Shown here: piece after piece, positions 18,969-28,859 of the stretch | Numbering within the stretch: position 1 is the first letter of the stretch | Layout of the letters: every line of letters begins with the position of its first letter | Source: Candidatus Omnitrophota bacterium | GTDB lineage: Bacteria > Omnitrophota > Gorgyraeia > B26-G9 | DNA: 64,000 nucleotides | Direction of reading: 5' to 3' | NCBI GenBank assembly: GCA_043814605.1 | Contig: JBDRJV010000037.1 | Location: forward strand, 31,899 to 95,898 | Notes under the pieces: model-generated | Told to the model about the DNA's origin: nothing | Seen by the model: only the letters and a program-made list of their open reading frames with translations | The model's database searches: none | Translations under genes and position numbers: made by a program

Positions 18969-20805
18969 TTTTAACTGGGGTGGTCCATTGAAGAAAAACA
19001 TAAAAAATTTAACAGCAATTTTGATGATTTTGATTGCAGTCATAATATATTTACTTCCGTTATTATTAAATCTAGACAAAGCATTTGATTTTCCTAAAAA
19101 AAATTTTGTTAATGGATTCTATGATATTTATTATTGTGCAATGATGTATCGATATAGTTTGCTGGAGGAAGGTCAGTTATTGTTTTGGTGGCCATTTAGG
19201 GAAGGAGGTTTATATGTTTTAATGCACCCTGCATTTATAGGAGTCAGTCCTTTCTCAATATTTATTCTGTTATTAGGGGTAATTAAAGGAGTTAATTTTA
19301 TATATGCTATATCCTACTTGATTGCTGGAATATCTATGTTCTATTTAACCCGTATGGTTTTAAAATATGATATTTATGGAGCAGTTTATTCATCCTTAGT
19401 ATTTGCGATGTGTGGGTTTTTCCCCTTTATGCAGTTTAATGGATTTATTTATGCGCGTGAGACAGTATTTTTACCCTTAATTACAGCAATGTATTTAAAA
19501 GCAGAATATTCAAATAAGTATAGTTATTTAACTGCAGTAATTTTGAGTGTATTTATTTTTTCAACAGGAATTTATTTTTTAGTGATTTTACTTTTTTTAT
19601 TCATATTTTCGTGTGTAAATTCTCAATCAGAAAAAAATGATAAATTGTATTTTTCGCATAGATTTTTTATAATTTTTTTAACAATAATATTCTTTACTTT
19701 AATTTTTTCTTTACCAAAAATTTCTCCAGTACCGCAATTAATTGACGCAAACTATGAACCTTTAAATACCGTATATTATCCAGAAAGTATTTTAAGCGTT
19801 AATCATGCGGCGAATAATATAAACCTATTTTTTACTCATCTTCTGGTTCCAGGAATGACTGGATTAGGGACAATGTACACAGGGATTTTACCGGTTTTTT
19901 TATGCATAATATCTTTTGTAATTTTTTTTAAAAAAAATCTAAAGTGGCTGATAATTTTAATAATTTTCATCGTATTATCTTTTGGACCTAATTCGCTTTT
20001 AGATTTACATTACTGGGTACAAAAAATTCCGTTGTTTAAATATATGATTGAAATATCTAAATATTACGCATTGATTATTGTTTTTATTATAAGTATAATT
20101 AGCGGTGCTTTTTTTAAATTATTAAAATCAAATTTTTCAAAGAAGAATAGAAATATTATTGCCATAACTCTTTGTTTGCTCACCTATGGGAATTTATTAT
20201 GGGCTAATATCGGATATTTTAGCGTTTATAATAAAAAAATTATGTTAGAGAAAAAACTTTCTTCAGGCAATTTTAGCAGTGCTAGATGTATTAATATGCA
20301 TCGCAGAGATGAAGGTGGTTTTGTATTGCTATTTAATGCGCTATTTCTAAAAGGAATAGGGGCGCATAATTTTATGTATAGAAGTACCGGAACTTTTAGG
20401 TCCGATTATCTTGAATCTAAATATTTTGTAATTCCTCGTTTTGTTTTCCTTCAACCCAGTACAGAAATAATGATACTCAAGAATCCGGCATATAATGGGG
20501 AGGTAAATTTTCTTAGTAAAAGTAATTTAGTTAAGTATTTTTCTATAAAACCTAATAGTGTTCATTTAAAAATTGAGGTTATTGAACCGGACATATTGAT
20601 CATCAATCAGAATTACTCTAAATACTGGATGTCTCAAGAGGGTAACGTTATCAATTATAAGGGGTTATTAGCATTAGCAATAAATAAAAAAGGTGAGTAT
20701 GAGGTAACGATTAAGTATGTTCCAATAGAATTTTATTTAGGAAGTATTATTTCCCTAATTTTTTTGATGTTATTTGGAATATATTTTTTAAAAAGGAAAA
20801 AGTGA
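18949..20805 (+). CDS. Large polytopic membrane protein, probable GT-C-like (YfhO-type) glycosyltransferase
   Basis: 618 aa with ~12 hydrophobic helices, then a ~170 aa soluble domain and a terminal TM helix. The start is uncertain: TTG 18949, or TTG 18988 preceded by ggggtgg. Family call by architecture only. Confidence 0.35.
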   Translation: MIIKIINFNWGGPLKKNIKNLTAILMILIAVIIYLLPLLLNLDKAFDFPKKNFVNGFYDIYYCAMMYRYSLLEEGQLLFWWPFREGGLYVLMHPAFIGVSPFSIFILLLGVIKGVNFIYAISYLIAGISMFYLTRMVLKYDIYGAVYSSLVFAMCGFFPFMQFNGFIYARETVFLPLITAMYLKAEYSNKYSYLTAVILSVFIFSTGIYFLVILLFLFIFSCVNSQSEKNDKLYFSHRFFIIFLTIIFFTLIFSLPKISPVPQLIDANYEPLNTVYYPESILSVNHAANNINLFFTHLLVPGMTGLGTMYTGILPVFLCIISFVIFFKKNLKWLIILIIFIVLSFGPNSLLDLHYWVQKIPLFKYMIEISKYYALIIVFIISIISGAFFKLLKSNFSKKNRNIIAITLCLLTYGNLLWANIGYFSVYNKKIMLEKKLSSGNFSSARCINMHRRDEGGFVLLFNALFLKGIGAHNFMYRSTGTFRSDYLESKYFVIPRFVFLQPSTEIMILKNPAYNGEVNFLSKSNLVKYFSIKPNSVHLKIEVIEPDILIINQNYSKYWMSQEGNVINYKGLLALAINKKGEYEVTIKYVPIEFYLGSIISLIFLMLFGIYFLKRKK

Positions 20806-20817
20806 ACACTTTTCATT

Positions 20818-22284
20818 ATGAAAATTAAATTTGTGCATTCAGATTTACAGGCGTTGGGTATTGAATATCTTAGTGCAATACTTAAAAAAAATGGGCATAA
20901 TGTGGATTTAATAATTGACCCCATGTTTCCATTTTTGAAAGCAATTTTAAATCCTTTAAAAAAAATTCTTCAATTAAAAGAAAAATTATTAAGAAATATT
21001 TTAAGCAATACCCCAGATATAGTTGCTTTTTCAGTAACAATCCATAATTTTGAATGGGCATGTCAATTAGCAAATGAAATAAAAAAATATTCAAATGCTT
21101 TTATAGTTTTTGGCGGTATCCAAGCAACTTTATTGCCGGAAGTAATTTTTCAAAAAGTAAAAGCTGATTTTGTAATCAGGGGTGAAGCAGAATATGTATT
21201 TATGGAGTTGGTCCAAAGCTTAGAATCTGATAAAAAATGGCATAAAATTAAAAATTTATGTTTCCAGGATAAGGAGAAAATAATAATAAATCCTTTACGA
21301 GAGTTAATTAACAATTTAGATGAGTTGCCTTTTCCGGATAAGGATATTCTCCCCGGATGGTTTAATAAAAAGGCTTACAGGATTATTACAAGCCGTGGTT
21401 GTATAGGAGAATGCAGTTATTGTTGTGCGCCTATTTTAAAAGAATTTTATAAAGGGTTGGGAAGTAAGATTAGAAGGCGTTCGGTTGATAACGTAATTGA
21501 AGAATTGACGTTAGCTCCAGCAAAGTATAATATTAGGAAAGTATTTTTTGAAGATGATTTGTTCACTTTTGATAAAAAGTGGGTAAGAGAATTTACTAAA
21601 CAATATGCTAAAAAAGTCAATTTGCCCTGTCTTATTCATGCTACTCCCGAAACCTTAGATTTAGAGATGATTGAATTATTAAAGGAGATGAACTGTTCTT
21701 GTGTTGAAATAGGAGTGCAAAGTTTAAATCCAGAAATAAGACAAAATTTATTAAGTAGGTATTATTCTAATGGAAAAATAGTAGAAATTATTGAAACTTT
21801 GAAGCAAAAAGGGATAATTTGTATTTGTGATAATATTGTTGGATTGCCGCAGGAAAAATTATCGGATATAAAAGCTGCTATAAAATTTTATGCTAAACTA
21901 AAGCCAGGTAAGATAGAAGTTTTACGCCTTGAGTTCTATCCCCAGGCGTCAATTATCGAAATGAGTAATTTAGCTAAAAAGGATAAAGAAAGAATAAATA
22001 ATGGGGAATTATTTATTTCTAAAGGATCTAATTATAAAAAGGTCTCAAAAATGTTGCTGCTTATAGGCTTAAGTTATATATTACCAGCTAAATCAGTGAA
22101 TTTTTTATTAAGAAAACATTTATTTAATATTTTTCCTTTTTTTGATGATTTTAATCACGTGAATGAATTTATATATTACTTTTCTGCTTTTTTTAAAAAA
22201 AATAAAAAAATAATATTTATTTCCTATCGGAATGATTTACTTGATAAAATTAAGTATGTATTTAAAAATATATTAGAAAATTAA
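20818..22284 (+). CDS. B12-binding-domain radical SAM enzyme (subfamily A)
   Basis: The N-terminus is MKIKFVHSDLQALGIEYLSAILKKNGHNVDLIIDP. It carries FGGIQATLLPE, LPFPDKDIL and the radical SAM motif TSRGCIGECSYCCAP. The hydrophobic C-terminal block is ILPAKSVNFLLRKHLF. Confidence 0.8.
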   Translation: MKIKFVHSDLQALGIEYLSAILKKNGHNVDLIIDPMFPFLKAILNPLKKILQLKEKLLRNILSNTPDIVAFSVTIHNFEWACQLANEIKKYSNAFIVFGGIQATLLPEVIFQKVKADFVIRGEAEYVFMELVQSLESDKKWHKIKNLCFQDKEKIIINPLRELINNLDELPFPDKDILPGWFNKKAYRIITSRGCIGECSYCCAPILKEFYKGLGSKIRRRSVDNVIEELTLAPAKYNIRKVFFEDDLFTFDKKWVREFTKQYAKKVNLPCLIHATPETLDLEMIELLKEMNCSCVEIGVQSLNPEIRQNLLSRYYSNGKIVEIIETLKQKGIICICDNIVGLPQEKLSDIKAAIKFYAKLKPGKIEVLRLEFYPQASIIEMSNLAKKDKERINNGELFISKGSNYKKVSKMLLLIGLSYILPAKSVNFLLRKHLFNIFPFFDDFNHVNEFIYYFSAFFKKNKKIIFISYRNDLLDKIKYVFKNILEN

Positions 22285-22286
22285 TT

Positions 22287-23339
22287 ATGAAATTAAAAAA
22301 AATTATAAGCCCTTTAAATGTAATTGCTAAAATTACTGAAGTTAGATTGTTTAACAAAATTAGATTATTAAATGTTAATTTTTCTGTAACGTCACGCTGT
22401 AATTTAAATTGCAAATATTGTTGGAGAGGAGAGATCAGCAAAAATAATAATCATAATTTTCCGGACGAAATGAAACTTGTACAAATAAAGAAGGCTTTCC
22501 ATAATTTAAGGGAGCTGTATGCAGAAGTGATTAATATTACGGGAGGTGAACCTTTAGTCCGGGAAGATATCTCAGAGATAATCAGGGCTGGACTCAAAGA
22601 TAACTTATGGGTTTCTTTGACGACAAATGGGGTTCTTTTGACACAAAGATTAAAAGAGATTGATGAAGTCAAGCTTCTAATTGTAAGTTTAGACGGGAAA
22701 AAGGAATCTAATGATAGTTTAAGGGGTGAAGGGACTTTTTTAAAAGTAATAAAAGGTATAGAGTTAAGTAAAAACCTAGGCGTACCGCTTATGCTTTCTT
22801 GTGTAATTTCAGCAAAAACTCAAAATGAAGATATTGATTTTCTTTTAAATCTAGCTAAATTTTACGAAATTTATTGTATATTCCATCCTGTAAACGATAG
22901 GGGCATTGTAAATGATAAATGGGAAGTTAATTCGAATATAAAAAAAGTTAAAACAGAGAAAAACGAATTAATTAATAAACTAAATTATTTAAAAAATCAT
23001 CAACTGATTAATAAATCTTGTGGGGGTAAATATTGGTGTGAATTGATGAAAGAATTTCAGGAAAAACAAGAAATACTTAAAAATAAACTGTGTTTTGGCG
23101 GGAGGCTATTTGTAAATATTGAATCAAATGGGGTTGTGACATCTTGCGGGTTAAGCCAAGATCCTTTATTAAGAGACAGGATATTTGATCAGGGGTTTTT
23201 AGAAAACTATCAGTTAGCAGTAAGGAGAATTAGCTGTAAGGGGTGTTTTTGTTATTCATATAAAATGATAAATGATATTTCTAAATTTAATTTGCGAACA
23301 ATTAAGAATTTTTTAATACAAGATAAATTCAAGTATTAG
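22287..23339 (+). CDS. Radical SAM enzyme with SPASM/twitch-like C-terminus
   Basis: SVTSRCNLNCKYCW and ITGGEPLVRED are present. C-terminal cysteines occur in CFGGRLFVNIESNGVVTSCG and ISCKGCFCYSY. Similar to 46178-47167. Confidence 0.75.
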   Translation: MKLKKIISPLNVIAKITEVRLFNKIRLLNVNFSVTSRCNLNCKYCWRGEISKNNNHNFPDEMKLVQIKKAFHNLRELYAEVINITGGEPLVREDISEIIRAGLKDNLWVSLTTNGVLLTQRLKEIDEVKLLIVSLDGKKESNDSLRGEGTFLKVIKGIELSKNLGVPLMLSCVISAKTQNEDIDFLLNLAKFYEIYCIFHPVNDRGIVNDKWEVNSNIKKVKTEKNELINKLNYLKNHQLINKSCGGKYWCELMKEFQEKQEILKNKLCFGGRLFVNIESNGVVTSCGLSQDPLLRDRIFDQGFLENYQLAVRRISCKGCFCYSYKMINDISKFNLRTIKNFLIQDKFKY

Positions 23340-23387
23340 CTTTTATTTGCAAAAGTAATAAAATTTATTTTTAAGGAGATTTTAGCT

Positions 23388-24746
23388 GTGGTAAATAACG
23401 TGAATATCAAAAGAAAAACGCAGAGCCTATGTATTGTTTGTAAACAAAGAGTCCCGGCTGAAGTTTACAAGAAAGACGAAAAAATATTTTTAAAAAAAAT
23501 ATGTCCTGAACATGGAGATATGGAGGTTTTTTTAGGACGAGCGGATTATTATGAATCATTAGATGAGTTCTTTTGTCTTATCCGTACGAATAAAAATAAA
23601 CACATGCCGACTCTTGAGCTTATTGTTAATTTCGATTGTAATATGAATTGTCCGATTTGTTATTTAGGCCCTCAGCGGAAAGAACTAAGCAAATTCTCAC
23701 CGACTCTTAATGAATTAGAAGATTTTATAAAACAAACAAAGTATTATTCTTTTGTCATTTCCGGAGCAGAGGCAACATGCCGGGATGATTTACTGGAAAT
23801 AATTAAATTACTTAAAAAATATGGTAAGACAGTAAGTATTAATACAAATGCTTTAAAATTAGCAGATTATAAATATGCGAAAAAAATGAAAAAAGCTGGG
23901 ATTGACCGTGTTAATATACAGTTTTCCGGTTTTAATGAAAAAGCTGAGAAGATTTTTAGAGGAGAAAATTATATAGAGATTAGGATTCAAGCTATGGAAA
24001 ATCTAAATAAGCTAGGCATCTCTATGGGACTAAATACTCTAATTGCCGGAAGCTTAAATGAGAATGATATAATTAGGGTACTAGAATTTGGCTTAAAATA
24101 TAAATCACTGCGTATGATAAATTTTTCAACATTAATTTTTGTGGGTGAGACAATGGATTATCCTTTAAATTATTACCTAATGCCCGATGATTTAATGATG
24201 CTTGTTGAAAAACAAACAAAAGGGAAAATTAAAAGAGAAAATCTTTATATTTTTAAAAAACTTGAAATTGTTATTTCATCATTTTTAAATAAAGATACTT
24301 GTTTTTATCGTCATGCTTATTTGCTGATCAAAAAAGGAAAAAATTATTTCCCAATAGATAATTTTATAAATCTAAAAAAACTGGAACCATATTTAGAATG
24401 TTATAAAAATCTTTTTAAAAAAAATAAGTTTCTGGGTAAAACCTTTCTGATTGTAATGACTCCATATTTATTGATTATAAATTATAAAATTTTAAAAATT
24501 TTAAGTGAAGTTACAAGAATGATCATATCCTATTTTTTTAAAAGATGGCTTTTCTTGCAGTCTAGCGATATAGTTTATTTACAATTTTCAGCGGTATGTG
24601 ATTTGTACAAAATTGATTATGATTTATTTAAAAGCTGTCAGTGTAAAACTATTTTCTTTTTTGATCGAGAAAATAATAAATTCTTTAAAAAAAGTAAGCC
24701 CATAGAAGATCATTATTGGTTGTTATGGAGAGATCGTGATAATTAA
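23388..24746 (+). CDS. Zinc-ribbon radical SAM enzyme, paralogue 1 of 6 (possibly Tes/GDGT-MAS-like)
   Basis: GTG start after aaggag. The N-terminal motif is CIVC-x20-CPEH. The radical SAM motif is DCNMNCPICY, with ISGAEATCRDD in the GGE position. Conserved extra cysteines occur in DTCFY, AVCD and KSC. Confidence 0.8.
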   Translation: MVNNVNIKRKTQSLCIVCKQRVPAEVYKKDEKIFLKKICPEHGDMEVFLGRADYYESLDEFFCLIRTNKNKHMPTLELIVNFDCNMNCPICYLGPQRKELSKFSPTLNELEDFIKQTKYYSFVISGAEATCRDDLLEIIKLLKKYGKTVSINTNALKLADYKYAKKMKKAGIDRVNIQFSGFNEKAEKIFRGENYIEIRIQAMENLNKLGISMGLNTLIAGSLNENDIIRVLEFGLKYKSLRMINFSTLIFVGETMDYPLNYYLMPDDLMMLVEKQTKGKIKRENLYIFKKLEIVISSFLNKDTCFYRHAYLLIKKGKNYFPIDNFINLKKLEPYLECYKNLFKKNKFLGKTFLIVMTPYLLIINYKILKILSEVTRMIISYFFKRWLFLQSSDIVYLQFSAVCDLYKIDYDLFKSCQCKTIFFFDRENNKFFKKSKPIEDHYWLLWRDRDN

Positions 24747-24779
24747 AGTTATTTGCGTAAAAAATATCAGGATAATATA

Positions 24780-26135
24780 ATGAACGGACAAGAAGTAATA
24801 AGAAAAACAACAAGCTTTTGCCCAGAATGTAAAACCACAATACCGGCAGAAGTTATAAAAAAAGATGGAAAAATTTTCCTGTGCAAGTTATGTCCTGAGC
24901 ATAAGGCGCAGGATTATTTTTTGGGTGAAGCTAAATACCATGAATCTTTAGAAGATTTTTATTTTAAGATACGTAAGAATATTAATAAACCTATAGTAAG
25001 TGTAGAGTTAGTGGTTAATTTTAGCTGTAATATGAATTGTCCGGTATGTTTTTTAGGAGATAATTTTGATACCTTAAAAAATTTTGACCCAACGGTTAAT
25101 GAAATAGAATCTTTTATTAAAAAAACAAAGTATAAATCATTTGTAATTTCCGGGGCGGAAGCAACTTGCCGGGACGATTTATTCGAAATAATTAAAATTC
25201 TAAAAAAATACAGCAAGACAGTGGGGATAAATACAAACGGGTTAAAATTAGCTGAATTTTCATATGTGAAAAAACTTAAAGCTGCAGGTGTGGACCGTGT
25301 AAATCTTCAATTTTCCGGTTTTAATTCAGATGCAGAAAAATATCTCAGAGGAGAAGATTACATCAATCAAAAACTTAAAGCCTTGGAAAATCTCAACAAA
25401 TTAAATATTGCTGTGGGATTAAATGCCCTTATTGCCGGAAATTGTAATGAAGATCAAATCGGTAATATTATCGAAATGGTTTCTGCTTATAGGGTAATAA
25501 AAATGGTTAATTTTGGATCTATGGTTTTTACGGGACTAGCAAAAGATTATCCCAGAAAAAATTATATAATGCCAGATGATTTGTTGAGGTTTGCTCAAGA
25601 ACAAACAAAAAATAAAATTAAACGCCAAAGTGTATATATATTCAAAAAACTTGAAATTGTAATTGCATCTTTTTTTAATAAAGATACTTGTTTTTACCAT
25701 CATTTATATTTAATTGTAAAAAAGAAAAATAGTTATAAACCGATAGATAAATTTCTCAATCTAGAAAAAATTGAATCTGTTTTAGAGCAATATAAAAATA
25801 TATATGGAAGAAGTAGTTTTATGGCTAAAATATATTTAATTATGATTCTTCCTTACCTATTAATTATAAATTACAAAATAATTTTAATTCTGGGTGAGAT
25901 TTTTCAAATGTTTTTTTCTTACTTTTTTAAGAAAGCCAATTTTCTTAAACAGCGCAATATTATTTATTTACTATTTTTTGTTGAATGTGATGTGTTACGG
26001 ATTGATTATGACATATTTAATAAATGTCCGTTTAAATCAATTTTCTTTTTTGACAAAAGTAATAATGGGTTTCAGAAAAAAAGGGATCCCATAGAAAATC
26101 ATTATTGGTTTTTATGGAAAGATAAAAAGAATTAG
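24780..26135 (+). CDS. Zinc-ribbon radical SAM enzyme, paralogue 2 of 6
   Basis: CPEC..CPEH, SCNMNCPVCF, ISGAEATCRDD, DTCFY, VECD and NKC. The track ORF starts at TTG 24753, but ATG 24780 (MNGQEV) aligns with the other paralogues. Confidence 0.8.
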   Translation: MNGQEVIRKTTSFCPECKTTIPAEVIKKDGKIFLCKLCPEHKAQDYFLGEAKYHESLEDFYFKIRKNINKPIVSVELVVNFSCNMNCPVCFLGDNFDTLKNFDPTVNEIESFIKKTKYKSFVISGAEATCRDDLFEIIKILKKYSKTVGINTNGLKLAEFSYVKKLKAAGVDRVNLQFSGFNSDAEKYLRGEDYINQKLKALENLNKLNIAVGLNALIAGNCNEDQIGNIIEMVSAYRVIKMVNFGSMVFTGLAKDYPRKNYIMPDDLLRFAQEQTKNKIKRQSVYIFKKLEIVIASFFNKDTCFYHHLYLIVKKKNSYKPIDKFLNLEKIESVLEQYKNIYGRSSFMAKIYLIMILPYLLIINYKIILILGEIFQMFFSYFFKKANFLKQRNIIYLLFFVECDVLRIDYDIFNKCPFKSIFFFDKSNNGFQKKRDPIENHYWFLWKDKKN

Positions 26136-26144
26136 GAATAGAAT

Positions 26145-27512
26145 ATGGAATTAAGAGTCATAAAAAGAAAAACAACAAGCTTGTGTCATGTCTGTAAACA
26201 AAAAGTCCCGGCGGAGGTTTTTAAGGAAAACAATAAGATTTTTTTACGTAAAATATGCCCGGAGCATGGGAATTTTGACGTTTTTTTAGGCCGGGCTCAA
26301 TTTTATGAGTCTTTAGACGATTATTTATTTTTGATTTATCCCGCTAAAAAAATACATAGTGAAGCCGCAGAATTAATGATCAGTTTTGATTGTAATATGC
26401 ATTGTCCGATTTGTTACTTGAAAGACGAGCGTAAATTTTTAAAAAAGTTTGATCCTTCGCTGTGTGAATTAGAAGAATTTATTAAGAATACCCAGCATCA
26501 TTATTTTGTTATTTCTGGGGCTGAGCCGACTTGTCGTGATGATTTATGTAAAATAATTAAAATACTCAAAAAATACAAAAAAACTGTCAGTTTGAATACA
26601 AATGCTCTAAAATTAGCAGATTATAGATATGTGACTAGTCTTAAGAAAGCGGGGGTTGATAAAGTTAATGTGCAGTTTTCTGGGTTAGATCCAAAAGCGG
26701 AATATTTTTTAAGAGGCAGTAATTATATAGATCTGAAATTAAAAGCGTTAGAGAATTTAGAAAAACTTAATATTTCTATAGGATTAAATACACTTATTGC
26801 GCGCACTCATAATGAAGATCAGGTGGGCAAAGTTATAACTCAAGCATTACAATATAATTCTTTGAGGATGATATGTTTTTCAACCATGGTTTTTATTGGT
26901 CATACAGAAAATTATGTTCTGGATACATATTTAGCTCCAGATGATTTACTAAGATTAGCAGAGGAACAGACACAAGGAAAAATTAAGAGCGAAAGCGTAT
27001 ATATTTTTAAAAAACTTATAATCGTTATATTATCTTTTTTTAATAAAAATACTTGTTTTTATGATTTTGTTTTTTTAATTATTAGGAAAAAAAAATCTTA
27101 TATTCCTATAGACAAATTGATGAATCTTAAAAAAACTGAGCGATGTTTAGATAAATATAAAAATATATATAAAAATAATCAAATTTTAGCCAAGGTTTAT
27201 TTAATATTTATTAGTCCGTATTTATTTTTAATCAATTATAAGATTTTGAAAATAGCAGGAAAACTTATTCGCATGATTTTTTCAAAATTTTTTAAAAAAT
27301 TAGGGATTTTTTATCCTAGTGATTTAATCCTGATCCAATTCTTTACAGATTGTGATCTGTACCGTATTGATTATGATATATTTAGAAAATGTCCGTTTAA
27401 AGCAGTTTTCTTTTTTGATAAAAATAAAGAAGGGTTTAAAAAAAGTGATCACCCGATAGAAGATAATTACTGGTTTTTATGGAATAATAAAAATGATTTA
27501 GGATTAATTTGA
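26145..27512 (+). CDS. Zinc-ribbon radical SAM enzyme, paralogue 3 of 6
   Basis: CHVC..CPEH, DCNMHCPICY, ISGAEPTCRDD, NTCFY, TDCD and RKC. Confidence 0.8.
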   Translation: MELRVIKRKTTSLCHVCKQKVPAEVFKENNKIFLRKICPEHGNFDVFLGRAQFYESLDDYLFLIYPAKKIHSEAAELMISFDCNMHCPICYLKDERKFLKKFDPSLCELEEFIKNTQHHYFVISGAEPTCRDDLCKIIKILKKYKKTVSLNTNALKLADYRYVTSLKKAGVDKVNVQFSGLDPKAEYFLRGSNYIDLKLKALENLEKLNISIGLNTLIARTHNEDQVGKVITQALQYNSLRMICFSTMVFIGHTENYVLDTYLAPDDLLRLAEEQTQGKIKSESVYIFKKLIIVILSFFNKNTCFYDFVFLIIRKKKSYIPIDKLMNLKKTERCLDKYKNIYKNNQILAKVYLIFISPYLFLINYKILKIAGKLIRMIFSKFFKKLGIFYPSDLILIQFFTDCDLYRIDYDIFRKCPFKAVFFFDKNKEGFKKSDHPIEDNYWFLWNNKNDLGLI

Positions 27513-28855
27513 TGGACGTAAGGCAAGTAAAAAGAAAAACTACAAGTTTGTGTAGTGTTTGTAAACAAATAATTCCGGCGGAGGTTTTTACAAAAAACAG
27601 AAAGGTATTTTTACGAAAAATATGCCAGGATCATGGAGAAATAGATGTTTTTTTAGGAGATGCTGATCTTTATGAACAGCTTGATGATTTTTATTTTAAA
27701 ATACGGTCTAATAAAAACAGCACGATAGCAAGTCCAGAGCTTATCGTTAATTTTAATTGTAATATGAATTGTCCGGTATGTTATTTAGGACACAATCGAA
27801 AATATTTGGAAAAATTTAATCCTTCGCTTGATGAAATTGATGTTTTTACTAAAAATACTAGTTATAAATCATTGGTTATTTCCGGAGCAGAGGCAACTTG
27901 CCGAAATGATTTATTTGAGATAATAAAAATTCTAAAAAAATACAGAAAAACTGTCAGCCTGAATACAAATGCCCTAAAGTTAGCAGATTATAAATATGTG
28001 GCTGGTCTTAAGAAGGCGGGGATTGACAGAGTTAATGTGCAATTTTCCGGATTTGATGCACAAGCGGAAAAATTTTTAAGAGGTGACAATTACATCGGCC
28101 AAAAAATAAAGGCCCTGAGGAATTTAAATAATTTAAATATTTCTATAGGGCTAAATTTATTGATTGCCGGGGGTTGCAATGAAAAACAGATGATTGAAGT
28201 TCTAAAAATGGTACCTCAATATGGATCCTTGCGGATGATTAATTTTAGTACGATGGTTTTTGCTGGAGGCGCTGAGAATTTCCCTCAAAAAAATTATTTA
28301 GTTGTTGACGATTTATTGAAAATAATTCAGGTTCAGACAAAGGGAATTATTAATCGGGAAGATATTTATATTTTTAAAAAACTAGAACTTGTAATTTCTT
28401 CATTTTTAAATAAATTTACATGTTTTTATCATCATGCTTTTTTAATCATTAGAAAAAAGAATGGTTATATGCCGATCAGTAATTTTTTAAATTTAAAAAA
28501 AACAGAGCTAATTTTAGAAAAATATAATAAAATATATCAAAATAGTAAATTTTTGGCTAAAATTTTTTTAATAATGAGCATGCCTTATTTATTATTTATA
28601 AATTGGAAAATATTAAAAATATTTAGCCAGATTTGGTTAATCTTATTTTCCTATTTTTTAAAACGTGGGCATTTTTTAAGACAAAGTAATTTAGTTTATT
28701 TACAATTTTGTGTTGAATGTGATAAATATCGCATTGATCATGATATATTTAAAAGTTGTACGTGTAAATCATTATTCTTTTTTGATAAAAGCGAAGATGG
28801 ATTTAGAAAAGTAAGTAAACCTGTTTTAAAGGATTACTGGATGTTATGGAAGTAA
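27512..28855 (+). CDS. Zinc-ribbon radical SAM enzyme, paralogue 4 of 6
   Basis: CSVC..CQDH, NCNMNCPVCY, ISGAEATCRND, FTCFY, VECD and KSC. The ATG at 27512 shares a base with the upstream stop (TGATG). Confidence 0.8.
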   Translation: MDVRQVKRKTTSLCSVCKQIIPAEVFTKNRKVFLRKICQDHGEIDVFLGDADLYEQLDDFYFKIRSNKNSTIASPELIVNFNCNMNCPVCYLGHNRKYLEKFNPSLDEIDVFTKNTSYKSLVISGAEATCRNDLFEIIKILKKYRKTVSLNTNALKLADYKYVAGLKKAGIDRVNVQFSGFDAQAEKFLRGDNYIGQKIKALRNLNNLNISIGLNLLIAGGCNEKQMIEVLKMVPQYGSLRMINFSTMVFAGGAENFPQKNYLVVDDLLKIIQVQTKGIINREDIYIFKKLELVISSFLNKFTCFYHHAFLIIRKKNGYMPISNFLNLKKTELILEKYNKIYQNSKFLAKIFLIMSMPYLLFINWKILKIFSQIWLILFSYFLKRGHFLRQSNLVYLQFCVECDKYRIDHDIFKSCTCKSLFFFDKSEDGFRKVSKPVLKDYWMLWK

Positions 28856-28859
28856 GAAT

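Larger units (their letters stand above)
23388..28855 (+). repeat. Head-to-tail tandem array of four ~1.35 kb paralogous radical SAM genes
   Basis: Four consecutive genes have collinear protein sequence. Paralogues 1 and 4 share 73 of 100 residues in a hand-aligned core (FVISGAEATCRDD...LIAG). Matching DNA runs include atttccggagcagaggcaac in both copies. Confidence 0.85.
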
